A DNA stretch of 64,000 nucleotides, from NCBI GenBank assembly GCA_965214405.1, contig OZ243956.1, positions 352,001 through 416,000 of the forward strand. Reading direction: 5' to 3'. The position numbers were made by a program, and so were the translations under genes. The first letter of the stretch is position 1. Each line of letters opens with the position of its first letter. Shown piece after piece: positions 28,203 to 37,830 of this stretch. A model generated the notes under the pieces. It was not told where the DNA came from. It searched no databases and worked only from the letters and a program-made list of their open reading frames with translations. This DNA comes from Trueperaceae bacterium. GTDB lineage: Bacteria > Deinococcota > Deinococci > Deinococcales > Trueperaceae.

Positions 28203-28952
28203 ATGACTTATCCCTTAGCCGTACAACTTTACACCCTCCGGCACCTTTCAGACGACGTGAGTGAACTTATCAAAGTTTCCGCCGACGCAGGATACGCGGG
28301 CGTCGAAGGGGGCTACGGTCCCGACATGAACGCCGAAGAACTCAGGAAGGTGCTGAACGAAAATAACGTGAAGATGGTTTCGGCGCACGTGATGGTGGAC
28401 ACCCTCGAGGACGACCTAAACAGCGCCGTCGCCTTTCAGAAAACTTTGGGCAACGACACCCTCATCATCCCCTGGATAAGCGACGCGAACTATAGCGACA
28501 GCGCGGAGAGTTGGCAAAAACTGGGCGAGCGTTTCAACAAAATCGCGCAGCAGGCTAAAGTCGAGGAAATGACGCTGCTTTACCACAACCATTCTTTCGA
28601 GTTTGGCGAGTACGGGGGCAAGCTGGGTTTGGAGCACCTCTTAGACAGCGCGCCCGACTTGGGGCTCGAGCTGGATATCGGCTGGTGCCAACAAGGCGGC
28701 GTTGACCCGCTGCCGCTTTTGGACAAGTACGCCGGTCGCGTGAGGCGCGTTCACGTTAAAGACCGCGCGCCGGAGGGTGAGAACGTCGACCAGGATGGTT
28801 GGGCGGATGTGGGTCACGGCGTGATTGATTGGCCGCCGCTGCTCGAAGCCGCCAGGGACGCCGGGGCCGAGTGGTTTGTGGTCGAGCACGACACGCCCGC
28901 CGACCCGGTGCGGACGATTCGGCGCAGTTTCGACTATCTCGAGACGCTTTGA
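28203..28952 (+). CDS. Sugar phosphate isomerase/epimerase (xylose isomerase-like TIM barrel)
   Basis: VQLYTLR, YHNHSFEF, ELDIGW, HVKD, VEHD. Confidence 0.92.
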   Translation: MTYPLAVQLYTLRHLSDDVSELIKVSADAGYAGVEGGYGPDMNAEELRKVLNENNVKMVSAHVMVDTLEDDLNSAVAFQKTLGNDTLIIPWISDANYSDSAESWQKLGERFNKIAQQAKVEEMTLLYHNHSFEFGEYGGKLGLEHLLDSAPDLGLELDIGWCQQGGVDPLPLLDKYAGRVRRVHVKDRAPEGENVDQDGWADVGHGVIDWPPLLEAARDAGAEWFVVEHDTPADPVRTIRRSFDYLETL

Positions 28953-29055
28953 GCGCCCCTGCGGCGCGAAACTCTTAGGCCTGGGTGCCGGGGTAATGAG
29001 CCGCGGCTGGAACGGTTTGGTTGACGTAAACGTGTGGGCGGCTGAGGTGGCGTGA

Positions 29056-31539
29056 GTGATCAAGGTTGACCTGACAGGGGACTGGACCCTGCGCAACACA
29101 ACAACTCGAGAAGTACCCGGTTCGGTTGACGGGCTGAACGTTCCGGCCACGGTGCCGGGCTGCGTTCACACCGACTTGCTCGCCGCCGGTCTCATCCCCG
29201 ACCCGTACTACGCTCGAAACGAACTAGCGCTTCAGTGGATCGGCGAGAACGACTGGCAGTACGTTTGCAAGTTTGAGGTTTCGGAAGCGTTATTGGCGAG
29301 AGAAAAGCTCGAGCTCGTCTGCGACGGTCTCGACACGGTGGCGACTGTAGAGCTGAACGGACACATTGTCGGCACGTCCGAAAACATGCACCTCGCCTAC
29401 CGCTTTGACGCGAAACCTTTTTTACGCGGAGGCGCGAACGACCTCAGCATCACCTTTCGCTCCGCCCTGAACTACGCGAGAGAGCAGGTGGAACGTTTGG
29501 GCTACTTGCCCAATTCGTCCTATCCGCACCCCTTTAACTTCATCCGCAAGATGGCGTGTAACTTCGGCTGGGACTGGGGGCCGTCGCTCGTGACGGCGGG
29601 CGTGTGGCAGCCCATTTATCTAGAAGCGTGGGAGGGTGCCCGCATCGCTTCGGTGCGCCCTCTAGTTACCGGGGCGAGTGAAGAAAAAGCGGTTGTCGAG
29701 GTGCATGTCGAGGTTGAGGGTGTGGTGGCGGGGCTCGAGCTGGCGCTTACGCTGGAAGATTTTAGGGGCGACGTGGTGAAATCCCCCCTGACCCCCCTTA
29801 AAGAGGGGGGAACGTCCGTTACCTTGACCGTGCCCGACCCTCTCCTCTGGTGGCCGGTGGGTCATGGTGAGCAGCCGCTTTACACGCTCCGGGTCGAACT
29901 CAAAAGGGATGAAACCACGCTCGAGACCCAGCAGCGCCGCATCGGCTTGCGCCAGGTGCGGCTCAAAACCGAAGTGGACGCTATTGGCTCGGAATTTGTT
30001 TTGGAAATAAACGGCAAACCCATCTTTTGCAAGGGCGCGAACTGGATTCCCGACGACTGCTTCGTGACGCGCGTGACGCCGGAGCGTTACCGGGAGCGCA
30101 TTACGCAGGCTTTGGACGCCAACATGAACATGCTGCGCGTGTGGGGGGGCGGCATTTACGAAAGTGAAGCGTTTTACGAGATCTGCGACGAGCTGGGCGT
30201 GATGGTGTGGCAGGATTTTTTATTTGCCTGCGCCTTGTATCCCGAAGAAGAGCCTTTCGGCTCGCTCGTTGAAGCCGAGGCGCGGGCGCAAATTACGCGG
30301 CTGTCGGCGCATCCGAGTTTGGTCTTGTGGAACGGCAACAACGAAAACCTGTGGGGCTATTTAGAGTGGGAACGGGGCGGCAAGCTGTGGCTCGAGTGGG
30401 CGGCGGGCCGAAGCTGGGGCGCGGGCTTCTATTTCGAGCTGTTCCCCAAACTTATCAAGGAACTCGACCCCACGCGCCCCTACACGCCGGGCAGCCCCTT
30501 TTCGGGCTCGCTCGAGCTGCACCCCAACAGCGCCAGCCACGGCACCCTGCACATCTGGGACGTATGGAACAGCGCCGACTACGTGAACTACCGCAAGTAC
30601 ATCCCGCGTTTCGCGTCCGAATTCGGCTTTCAAGCGCCGCCGACTTTCGCCACGCTCGCCGAGAGCGTCCCCGAGAGCGAGCGCCACGCGAAGAGCGCCG
30701 CAATGCTCCATCACCAAAAAGCGGACCGGGGAGACGAGAAGCTGACGTACGGGTTCAGGCGACACTTCAGCGCGCCCCAAAGTTTTGACGACTGGCATTT
30801 TCTCACGCAACTCAACCAGGCTCGGGCGCTGCAACTCGGCGTCGAGTGGTTTCGCGCGCATACGGGGCGCTGTATGGGCGCGCTCTACTGGCAGCTCAAC
30901 GACTGCTGGCCGGTCACGAGTTGGGCGGCGGTGGACGGGTACGGGCGCAAAAAACTTCTTTGGTACGCCACCAAGCATTTTTTCGCCGACCGGCTCCTCA
31001 GCATCCAGCCGCACGGCGACGGGCTGTTTGTGCATCTAGTCAACGACAGCGACGAGGCTTGGGAGACAACGGTTACGACGCAGCGGCGGGCGTTTTCCGG
31101 CGAGGTCTGCGCTGAGCATCTAGAGCAGGTCCATATAAAACCGCGCAGTGTAGAGCGTTTTAGGCTCGAGCCCGCTCTCACCCACACGGAGCACCCCGCC
31201 ACCGAACTTCTCACGGCGGAGGCGGACGGCTTACGCGCCCTTTGGACCTTCTCAAGAGACGCGCAGCTACGTTATCCAAGGCTCGAGGTTGACGCGGAGT
31301 TGGAGGGGACGGCGAACGGCTATGTGCTTAGGCTCGAGGCCAAAACTTTCGTGCGCGACCTCTGTTTGCTGGTGGACAAGCTCGAGCCTGCTGCCACGAC
31401 CGACACCCAACTTCTCACGCTTCTACCCGGCGAGAGGGGCGCATTTGAAGTTTGGACCGACCAAACCCTCTCTTTAGAAGCGTGTTTAGAGCCGACTATT
31501 CTTTATAGCGCCAACCGTTTTGGTTTAGGAGACGCTTAA
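29056..31539 (+). CDS. GH2 beta-mannosidase
   Basis: RKMACNFGWDWGP, KGANWIP, LRVWGGG, WNGNNE (acid/base), ASEFG (nucleophile), YWQLNDCWP. Confidence 0.93.
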   Translation: MIKVDLTGDWTLRNTTTREVPGSVDGLNVPATVPGCVHTDLLAAGLIPDPYYARNELALQWIGENDWQYVCKFEVSEALLAREKLELVCDGLDTVATVELNGHIVGTSENMHLAYRFDAKPFLRGGANDLSITFRSALNYAREQVERLGYLPNSSYPHPFNFIRKMACNFGWDWGPSLVTAGVWQPIYLEAWEGARIASVRPLVTGASEEKAVVEVHVEVEGVVAGLELALTLEDFRGDVVKSPLTPLKEGGTSVTLTVPDPLLWWPVGHGEQPLYTLRVELKRDETTLETQQRRIGLRQVRLKTEVDAIGSEFVLEINGKPIFCKGANWIPDDCFVTRVTPERYRERITQALDANMNMLRVWGGGIYESEAFYEICDELGVMVWQDFLFACALYPEEEPFGSLVEAEARAQITRLSAHPSLVLWNGNNENLWGYLEWERGGKLWLEWAAGRSWGAGFYFELFPKLIKELDPTRPYTPGSPFSGSLELHPNSASHGTLHIWDVWNSADYVNYRKYIPRFASEFGFQAPPTFATLAESVPESERHAKSAAMLHHQKADRGDEKLTYGFRRHFSAPQSFDDWHFLTQLNQARALQLGVEWFRAHTGRCMGALYWQLNDCWPVTSWAAVDGYGRKKLLWYATKHFFADRLLSIQPHGDGLFVHLVNDSDEAWETTVTTQRRAFSGEVCAEHLEQVHIKPRSVERFRLEPALTHTEHPATELLTAEADGLRALWTFSRDAQLRYPRLEVDAELEGTANGYVLRLEAKTFVRDLCLLVDKLEPAATTDTQLLTLLPGERGAFEVWTDQTLSLEACLEPTILYSANRFGLGDA

Positions 31540-31595
31540 CGAGCGCAGATACTGACCGACTCGTTGGGGGGCTCTATGCTTAGCGTTTGAAACCT

Positions 31596-31925
31596 CTACA
31601 AAGCACTTGATGAACTGGGCAGCACGCCTTCGCGCTTCTCCTCTTCATAAAGTCGCTCGCTCACAAAGGTTTTGAGAAGCGTTTGGTAGCCTATTCCCTT
31701 GTGCTTGGCTAATCGCTTGAGCCGCTTGACGGTGTCTTGCTCGAGCATCAGCGAGATGCGCTCCGTCTGAGACGTTTGTGCGCGGGGCGGCGGTAGCGGG
31801 TGGTCGCTCGTGTCGCGGGTCTTTAGCTTAATACCGTCACCAAGACTGTGTGTAGCCCAGAACGCTTGCTCCTCTTCGTCGGTCGTGAGATCGGGCACCT
31901 CATCCATACTCTGAATTTCTTTCAT
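31596..31925 (-). CDS. CopG/BrnA-like ribbon-helix-helix antitoxin
   Basis: EEEQAFWATH...ISLML...LKRLAKHKGIGYQTLLK. TACAAT-AG-ATTGTA palindrome over the -10 box just upstream. Confidence 0.8.
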   Translation of the reverse strand: MKEIQSMDEVPDLTTDEEEQAFWATHSLGDGIKLKTRDTSDHPLPPPRAQTSQTERISLMLEQDTVKRLKRLAKHKGIGYQTLLKTFVSERLYEEEKREGVLPSSSSAL

Positions 31926-31997
31926 TACAATCTATTGTAGATTAAGCGCGCGCGAACCTACGCTTGTTCTTCACCAACACGCCTAAAGTTACAACCC

Positions 31998-33113
31998 TCA
32001 CCCAAACTGCGTGAGCCCCGTGGTCGGCGTTTCCCTCGAGCGCCGTAAGTCAATCTGCGTCGCCGACATCTTAAAGGCCTGCGAGCTCGTGGCGGTGGCG
32101 ATGCCCGTTTCGTAATCAATCACGTCTTGCTCGTAAAGCTCGGCCAATGAATCATCAAAAATTTGCATCCCGTCGAGCTTGGAGTCGCGCAGGGCCTCAT
32201 AAAGTTCGTTGGTGCGCTCCTCGTCTTTGATGAGGTCTTTGATGCGCAAGTTGCCCTTCATGATCTCCATCGCGGCGACGCGGCCCTTGCCGCCTTTACG
32301 CGGGATGAGCCGCTGCGACACGATGCCCACCAGAGAGTCGGCGAAGAGTAAACGTGAGGACTCGCGCTCGTCGGGCGGGAAAAGTTCTAACACCCGGTTC
32401 ACGGTGCGCACCGTGTCGAGCGTGTGAAGCGTGCTAAAGACCAAGTGACCCGTCTGCGCCGCGGAAATCGCGGCGGCGGCGGTGGCGTAGTCGCGGATTT
32501 CGCCGATCATAATCACTTCGGGGTCCTGGCGCATGGCGGCGATCAGGGCCTCGCTAAAGGTGAGCGCGTCCACGCCGATCTCGCGCTGGACGATGACCGA
32601 CTCCTTGGGGCGGTGGAGGTACTCGATGGGGTCTTCAACGGTAATAATCATCTTGTTGTGCGCCTTGTTGATTTCGTCGATAATGCGCGCCAGCGTGGTG
32701 GATTTGCCCGAGCCCGTCGGGCCGGTGACCAACACCAGGCCCTTTTCTTGGTCCCGAAAATAGGCGAGCAAGTCGGGATCCAAGTTGACCACCTCGAGCT
32801 GCGACTCGTCCGAGTTGATAACGCGCAAGACCGCCGAGACCGAGCCGCGCTGCCGGAACAAGTTAACCCGAAAGCGCCCGAGCCCTGAGACGCTGTAGGC
32901 CAAGTCCGCCTGGTGTCTCTCGGTAAAAATCGCCTTTTGCCGCTCGTCGCACATGATGTTGACCAAGGCTTCGGTCACCTTGGCGGTGAGAACGGTGTCC
33001 CCCATCGGCTTGAGCCGCCCCGAAATGCGGCCCATCGGTTTGAGGCCTGCGTGCAGGTGAATATCCGACGCGCCGCGGTCGACGAATTTAGCGAGCATGT
33101 CATTGAAAGTCAT
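31998..33113 (-). CDS. pilT: Type IV pilus retraction ATPase (PilT/PilU family)
   Basis: GASDIHL, RFRVNLFRQRG, GPTGSGKST, TVEDPIEY, MRQDPEVIMIGEIRD, TGHLVFSTLHT. Confidence 0.92.
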   Translation of the reverse strand: MTFNDMLAKFVDRGASDIHLHAGLKPMGRISGRLKPMGDTVLTAKVTEALVNIMCDERQKAIFTERHQADLAYSVSGLGRFRVNLFRQRGSVSAVLRVINSDESQLEVVNLDPDLLAYFRDQEKGLVLVTGPTGSGKSTTLARIIDEINKAHNKMIITVEDPIEYLHRPKESVIVQREIGVDALTFSEALIAAMRQDPEVIMIGEIRDYATAAAAISAAQTGHLVFSTLHTLDTVRTVNRVLELFPPDERESSRLLFADSLVGIVSQRLIPRKGGKGRVAAMEIMKGNLRIKDLIKDEERTNELYEALRDSKLDGMQIFDDSLAELYEQDVIDYETGIATATSSQAFKMSATQIDLRRSRETPTTGLTQFG

Positions 33114-33162
33114 ATGCTAGCCAGTGTAGAGGGCGCGGGCCTACGGGGGTGTAAAAAACTCC

Positions 33163-34356
33163 TTAGCGGCTCCCGAAGGGACCGCGTAGGGGCTGCAATG
33201 GGGTATTTTCGTCCGTCTCACCAAAGGGGTAGAGGTCGTAGTTGGTGAGTTCGACGTAGCCCACGCCCCCTTTACCGCCCGCCTCGTTGCTCGTCACGTC
33301 GACCGTGCCCTCCCAATACACGATGCCCGTGGTGGCGCGCGTGTTCATTTCTTGCTCTAAAAGCGCCGGAGTCACCGTCACATCAATTCCCTCCCCCGGC
33401 ACCCGGACGCGCCAGCCTGCCGGATAAATGGCGCCCGTCTCTTCACTCGTCCAGGTCTCCCCCGTCGGCGCGACCTCGAAGTCAGCCGCCTCCAAGGAAA
33501 GCGTCCGCCCGTCCGCGGTAATAAAACTCCCCGCCCGCGTCACGTATTCGCCGCTCGGCTCTCGGATGAGGTAGAGCATCAGCTCGGTGTTGTTCTCAAA
33601 CTGCACGCTGAACCAGTCCCAGCCCGCGTAGCTCGAGAGGTCGAAGTCCCCCCACTGATGATCACTCCAGGCCTGACCCGTGACGTTACTGGTATGGCGG
33701 CAACCCAAAATCCCGCAATTCCGCGAGAGGGTACCTGAGACCTTCATGCGCGTGTACGAGACATAGTACGAGGTGCCGCCCGGCCCCATCGACTGAATCC
33801 CCGGCGGGTCGCCGTGGAGCGCGGCGGGTTTGGTGGGCTCTAAGAGCAAATCAAACGTGTACCCGCCCGCGCTCGCCCTGACACGCTGCCCCGCCCCGTC
33901 CTCCGCCCGCTCCGCCCGCCAGTCACCCACGTACACGTCTAACACCTTGGTCGAGGCGTCCGCCGGATAGCCCCAATAGTTGGCGCGCTGGTCCATGACA
34001 AATTTCTCTTCCGTCAGATCGGTCACTGCGACGTGCGCGACGTAACCGCGTTCGATAAGTCCGTAGAGCGGCAGGAAACCCAAAAGTTTGAGGGTCGGCG
34101 GCGTGTACGCCTTGAAAAAGGTGAATTCGAAGCCGTAGTCGCGTCCCTCCTCGTCTTGCACGTGCCCCGTGTAGTACCACCACTCGATGGGCGCGGCGTG
34201 CGCGGCGTCGTCGCGGGGCAGCTCTACGGGCGTGACGGGGTAGGGGCGGCTGTAGACGCTGGGGAGACAGCCGCTGAGGAGGCTCACAAGGAAGAGCGAA
34301 GCGAAAAGAAGCGCGCGTGGATAACGAGACGGGCGAAAATCAACGTTGTCAAACAT
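33163..34356 (-). CDS. AttH/CrtC-like (lipocalin-like) lipoprotein
   Basis: Lipobox LLSGC. EWWYYTG, SYYVSYTR, WSDHQWG, GWDWFS, YWEG, GYVELT. Confidence 0.85.
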   Translation of the reverse strand: MFDNVDFRPSRYPRALLFASLFLVSLLSGCLPSVYSRPYPVTPVELPRDDAAHAAPIEWWYYTGHVQDEEGRDYGFEFTFFKAYTPPTLKLLGFLPLYGLIERGYVAHVAVTDLTEEKFVMDQRANYWGYPADASTKVLDVYVGDWRAERAEDGAGQRVRASAGGYTFDLLLEPTKPAALHGDPPGIQSMGPGGTSYYVSYTRMKVSGTLSRNCGILGCRHTSNVTGQAWSDHQWGDFDLSSYAGWDWFSVQFENNTELMLYLIREPSGEYVTRAGSFITADGRTLSLEAADFEVAPTGETWTSEETGAIYPAGWRVRVPGEGIDVTVTPALLEQEMNTRATTGIVYWEGTVDVTSNEAGGKGGVGYVELTNYDLYPFGETDENTPLQPLRGPFGSR

Positions 34357-34509
34357 ACCCCATCATGACGCACCCCGGCTGCCCAATACGGTGGGCTATG
34401 TCATGAAGTGGGGGGTGAAGTCCGTAAGGTCTACCCCTGCATCCGCTCGAGCCTTTGGGTAGGATGGCCCCGTGAACACCTCACTCATCTCGCAGATTGG
34501 ACGTGAAAT

Positions 34510-35253
34510 GTGACTCGAGCTTTCCTCACCCTCTTAATCCTCGGCGGTCTTTGGGGCTGCCAAAGGCCTCCAGAAACGAGCGCCGCCACCCTACAAACTG
34601 TACAAACCGCGCAGACCGCCCAAACCCAAGCGGGGGACGCAACGGGCGGAACAGGGGAAGCGACAGGAGGCGCAGACGCCACTCCTACGCCTGCCGTCCC
34701 CGAAGGCTACAGCGCCGTTCCCTATCTCTCGGGCGAGCCTGTGCGCGAATTTGCGGGCGCGGACGAGGTGCTTACAGAGGGTACGGACTACCGCGCGGTG
34801 CTCGAGACCAACAAGGGCACCCTCACCATCGACCTGTTAGAAGACGAGGCCCCTCAAACGGTCAACAACTTCGTCTTTTTGGCGCTCCACCACTTCTACG
34901 ACGGCGTGCCCTTTCACCGCGTGTTAGAAGACTTCATGGCCCAAACGGGCGACCCCACCGGCACCGGCACGGGTGGCCCCGGCTACGCGTTCGACAACGA
35001 AATCTCCCCCGACCTTTCCCACGACGAAGCGGGCGTCGTCTCGATGGCGAACGCCGGACCCGACACCAACGGCTCGCAGTTTTTTATCACCTTCCAGGCG
35101 ACGCCCTGGCTCGACGGGGGCTACTCGATTTTTGGCGAGGTGGTAGACGGCTTGGACGTTCTTGACGACCTCCAGCGCATCGACCCGCAAAATCCCTCGG
35201 GTGAAACGCCCGACACTTTGGAGCGCGTCACCATCATTCAAGCATCAAACTGA
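34510..35253 (+). CDS. Cyclophilin-type peptidyl-prolyl isomerase, lipoprotein
   Basis: Lipobox [48 protein letters not shown]. Confidence 0.92.
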   Translation: MTRAFLTLLILGGLWGCQRPPETSAATLQTVQTAQTAQTQAGDATGGTGEATGGADATPTPAVPEGYSAVPYLSGEPVREFAGADEVLTEGTDYRAVLETNKGTLTIDLLEDEAPQTVNNFVFLALHHFYDGVPFHRVLEDFMAQTGDPTGTGTGGPGYAFDNEISPDLSHDEAGVVSMANAGPDTNGSQFFITFQATPWLDGGYSIFGEVVDGLDVLDDLQRIDPQNPSGETPDTLERVTIIQASN

Positions 35254-35280
35254 ATCCAACTATTCAATCAAGGAGAAAAC

Positions 35281-35847
35281 ATGGACACGTACCAAATGGA
35301 CGGCTACCAAACCGTCGAACCTTTAAGCAGCGAGCGCAAAACGTCATTTAACAAAGCTGAGGAGGTGCTTAGGGAGGGCAAAGACTACCGCGCCGTCATC
35401 GAGACGAACAAGGGCCGCATCGTCGCGGACTTGTTCCAAGACGATGCCCCCGAGACGGTCAACAACTTCGTTTTCTTGGCCCGCAATCACTACTACGACG
35501 GCGTCGTGTTCCACCGCGTGCTGGAGGATTTCATGGCCCAAACGGGCGACCCCACCGGCTCCGGGCGCGGCGGTCCCGGCTACCAGTTTGGCGACGAGAC
35601 CGACAACGGCCTCAAGCACGACGCCAAGGGCACCCTGTCGATGGCGAACGCCGGACCCGGTACCAACGGCTCACAGTTTTTTATCACCTTTGTCCCGACG
35701 CCGCATCTCAACGGCAAGCACACCGTGTTTGGCCGCGTATTGGAAGGTGAAGAGGTGCTGGACAAGTTAGAACGCATCGACCCCTCGAGACCGGGCCGCA
35801 CCCAACCCGACGTGATGGAGCGGGTGACGGTGCTCGAGTCGGTTTGA
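35281..35847 (+). CDS. Cyclophilin-type peptidyl-prolyl isomerase, cytoplasmic
   Basis: Same cyclophilin motifs plus [18 protein letters not shown]. Confidence 0.95.
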   Translation: MDTYQMDGYQTVEPLSSERKTSFNKAEEVLREGKDYRAVIETNKGRIVADLFQDDAPETVNNFVFLARNHYYDGVVFHRVLEDFMAQTGDPTGSGRGGPGYQFGDETDNGLKHDAKGTLSMANAGPGTNGSQFFITFVPTPHLNGKHTVFGRVLEGEEVLDKLERIDPSRPGRTQPDVMERVTVLESV

Positions 35848-35869
35848 TAGTTTAAAAAATCACCTTGTG

Positions 35870-35897
35870 GGCCGAGACGTTACCCAACCTCTCGGCC
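35870..35897. terminator. Hairpin between convergent genes
   Basis: GGCCGAGA...TCTCGGCC inverted repeat. Confidence 0.5.
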
Positions 35898-35935
35898 TCT
35901 GAATTAACACGTCGGTCCGTAAGTAAAGACGATAC

Positions 35936-37150
35936 TCAGCCGCCAGGTTGGGCATCGTCTTTGTTCACTTGGGAGGCGGCTTCAAGTTCTTTCCTATAAT
36001 CAAGAAGAAATTCTAAAAAGATAATCGCTCCCTCAGTTGTTAAATTGCGGTATACGTCCGTGAGACCGAAACATCTTAGCTCTCTAAGGTAAACATGATT
36101 GTGAATAGTCAGTTGAGAAAAGTGTTGTTTCATGGCAACGACCTCAGGAGCTTCCTCTAAATGCGAAAAATCTTCTTTAATTCTGAGAAGATGCACTTCT
36201 AAAAAATCTCTGTTATTTAGACTCTCAAAAACTTTGCTGTAAGTTTGAGATTTGACGAGTTGGGGACTTAGATATGGTCCCCTATCTATATAACTGTCCC
36301 TCTCTTCAAGCCAGGGGTCGTATGGAAACTTCTGAACCACATCAAGCAACAAAATCGAAATAAGGGAGTAAACCACAATTACGGTTGTACTTCTATCTTC
36401 TTCACCATGTAAACAGGCATTTCGCCATTCAAAAATTTCTTTTGTGGAGTGAAGTTTGAAAAATTTCTTTAGCATTATGCGCGTAGGGACGGAAACTTCG
36501 CGCCTTGTGAGCTCGAGCAGGTGATGCAGATTGTTTATTCTTGGTATACCTTTTTGTTTTCCTCTAACCCTTCTACGTCCACGCTCCGACCTATACTGTT
36601 TTCCCTCTACCTTAAACGCTTTAATAACTGTGCCATCTTCAGCTACGTACTTTTTGCATATCCTCCTGCACAAACCTTCCAAATATGCAAAGCCAGTCCA
36701 AACAGCAGGGAATTCACCACCCATCTGATTTCTAAGTACACTGTTCTGATAATAGCAGTTAGGACTATTGTATCTTTCGGGAACATAATCAGGAAGACCA
36801 GAATGTAAGTACCGAAGAAAGCCCAGCTTGATGTACGTGCCTAAAGGATTGTGCATAACAATCCATGAGTTGATTCCTCTACCTTTGACGTTATGTAAAA
36901 GGCTGTCCACACGTGACCACAATTCCAGGTGCTCATTTCGAACTATCGCATTCATCCCCTTGTTGTAGTTCATGTGCATAAGGATATAACAGAGTTCTTG
37001 CAACTCTTGAAAAGAAAATCGTTGTAAATCTTCACTATAAAAAAGAGGCTGTGGGTTACCCCCGAGTGTGATTTCGATTCTCCCATCACGGGGAAATCGA
37101 AACGTCTCCTTACGAAAAGCGTTAGCTCTCTCACGTATAGCCTCTAACAT
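35936..37150 (-). CDS. Low-GC hypothetical protein with HEPN-like motifs
   Basis: 404-aa ORF, visibly AT-rich versus its flanks. FAYLEGLCRR and WRNACLHG (R-x4-H). Confidence 0.65.
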   Translation of the reverse strand: MLEAIRERANAFRKETFRFPRDGRIEITLGGNPQPLFYSEDLQRFSFQELQELCYILMHMNYNKGMNAIVRNEHLELWSRVDSLLHNVKGRGINSWIVMHNPLGTYIKLGFLRYLHSGLPDYVPERYNSPNCYYQNSVLRNQMGGEFPAVWTGFAYLEGLCRRICKKYVAEDGTVIKAFKVEGKQYRSERGRRRVRGKQKGIPRINNLHHLLELTRREVSVPTRIMLKKFFKLHSTKEIFEWRNACLHGEEDRSTTVIVVYSLISILLLDVVQKFPYDPWLEERDSYIDRGPYLSPQLVKSQTYSKVFESLNNRDFLEVHLLRIKEDFSHLEEAPEVVAMKQHFSQLTIHNHVYLRELRCFGLTDVYRNLTTEGAIIFLEFLLDYRKELEAASQVNKDDAQPGG

Positions 37151-37190
37151 TCTGTTCTGTAGCCTTTCTTTTAAAAACTATTAACTTACA

Positions 37191-37511
37191 TCAGTAAGCA
37201 AACATCTCTTGCAAAGTCTCGCAAACTTCCTGTTGGCTCTCCGTATCAAGTGAGCCCAAAGCTTCCCCCAACCGCATCTTATCGACGGCGCGCAGATGAT
37301 CTAGCAGAATCAATCCCTGTTTGCCCCCAAAGGTGCAGAGGACTCTGCTCGGGAACTCGAAACCTCGGCTCGTGAGAGGCGCAACGATAACCGTGGCTAA
37401 GCGGTTGAGTTCGTTGGGCGACACCACCACGCAGGGGCGCAGCTTGTTCATCTCACTGCCCTTGGCGGGCTCTAAATCAACGCGGTAGACCTCAAAGCGG
37501 CTGACGTACAT
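37191..37511 (-). CDS. mazF: MazF/PemK family endoribonuclease toxin
   Basis: VDLEPAKGSEMNKLRPCVVVSP...VIVAPLTS...DHLRAVDKMRL. Likely start is the ATG at 37511. Confidence 0.93.
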   Translation of the reverse strand: MYVSRFEVYRVDLEPAKGSEMNKLRPCVVVSPNELNRLATVIVAPLTSRGFEFPSRVLCTFGGKQGLILLDHLRAVDKMRLGEALGSLDTESQQEVCETLQEMFAY

Positions 37512-37518
37512 ATCAGGT

Positions 37519-37770
37519 TTAGAGCGGGGGGCCGAGTTCGCCATCTAAGTCGGCGTCCAACCACTCCCTGTCGTAAGCAAGGTCGCCACGTTCAATCGCG
37601 GCTTGGACGGCTTCGTCCCAGCCCTGACGAGGCTGTTTAACGGGTCTGATAAGCAGACCACCGCGCACCACCTTGAGTTCTAACACGCTGTTCTCGAGGC
37701 CCGCCTGTTCAATCAAAGCCTTGGGAATACGAACGCCTTTAGAGTTACCAATTTGAACGAGTTCTGCCAT
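37519..37770 (-). CDS. mazE: MazE/AbrB family antitoxin
   Basis: QIGNSKGVRIPKALIEQAGL...PRQGWDEA. Leaderless TATAAT-N6-ATG with a GTAATTAC palindrome upstream. Confidence 0.92.
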   Translation of the reverse strand: MAELVQIGNSKGVRIPKALIEQAGLENSVLELKVVRGGLLIRPVKQPRQGWDEAVQAAIERGDLAYDREWLDADLDGELGPPL

Positions 37771-37830
37771 GAAGTGATTATAGCGTAATTACGGGTTGCA
37801 CGGTGACAGCGGCTCAAGCCCCTATACACC

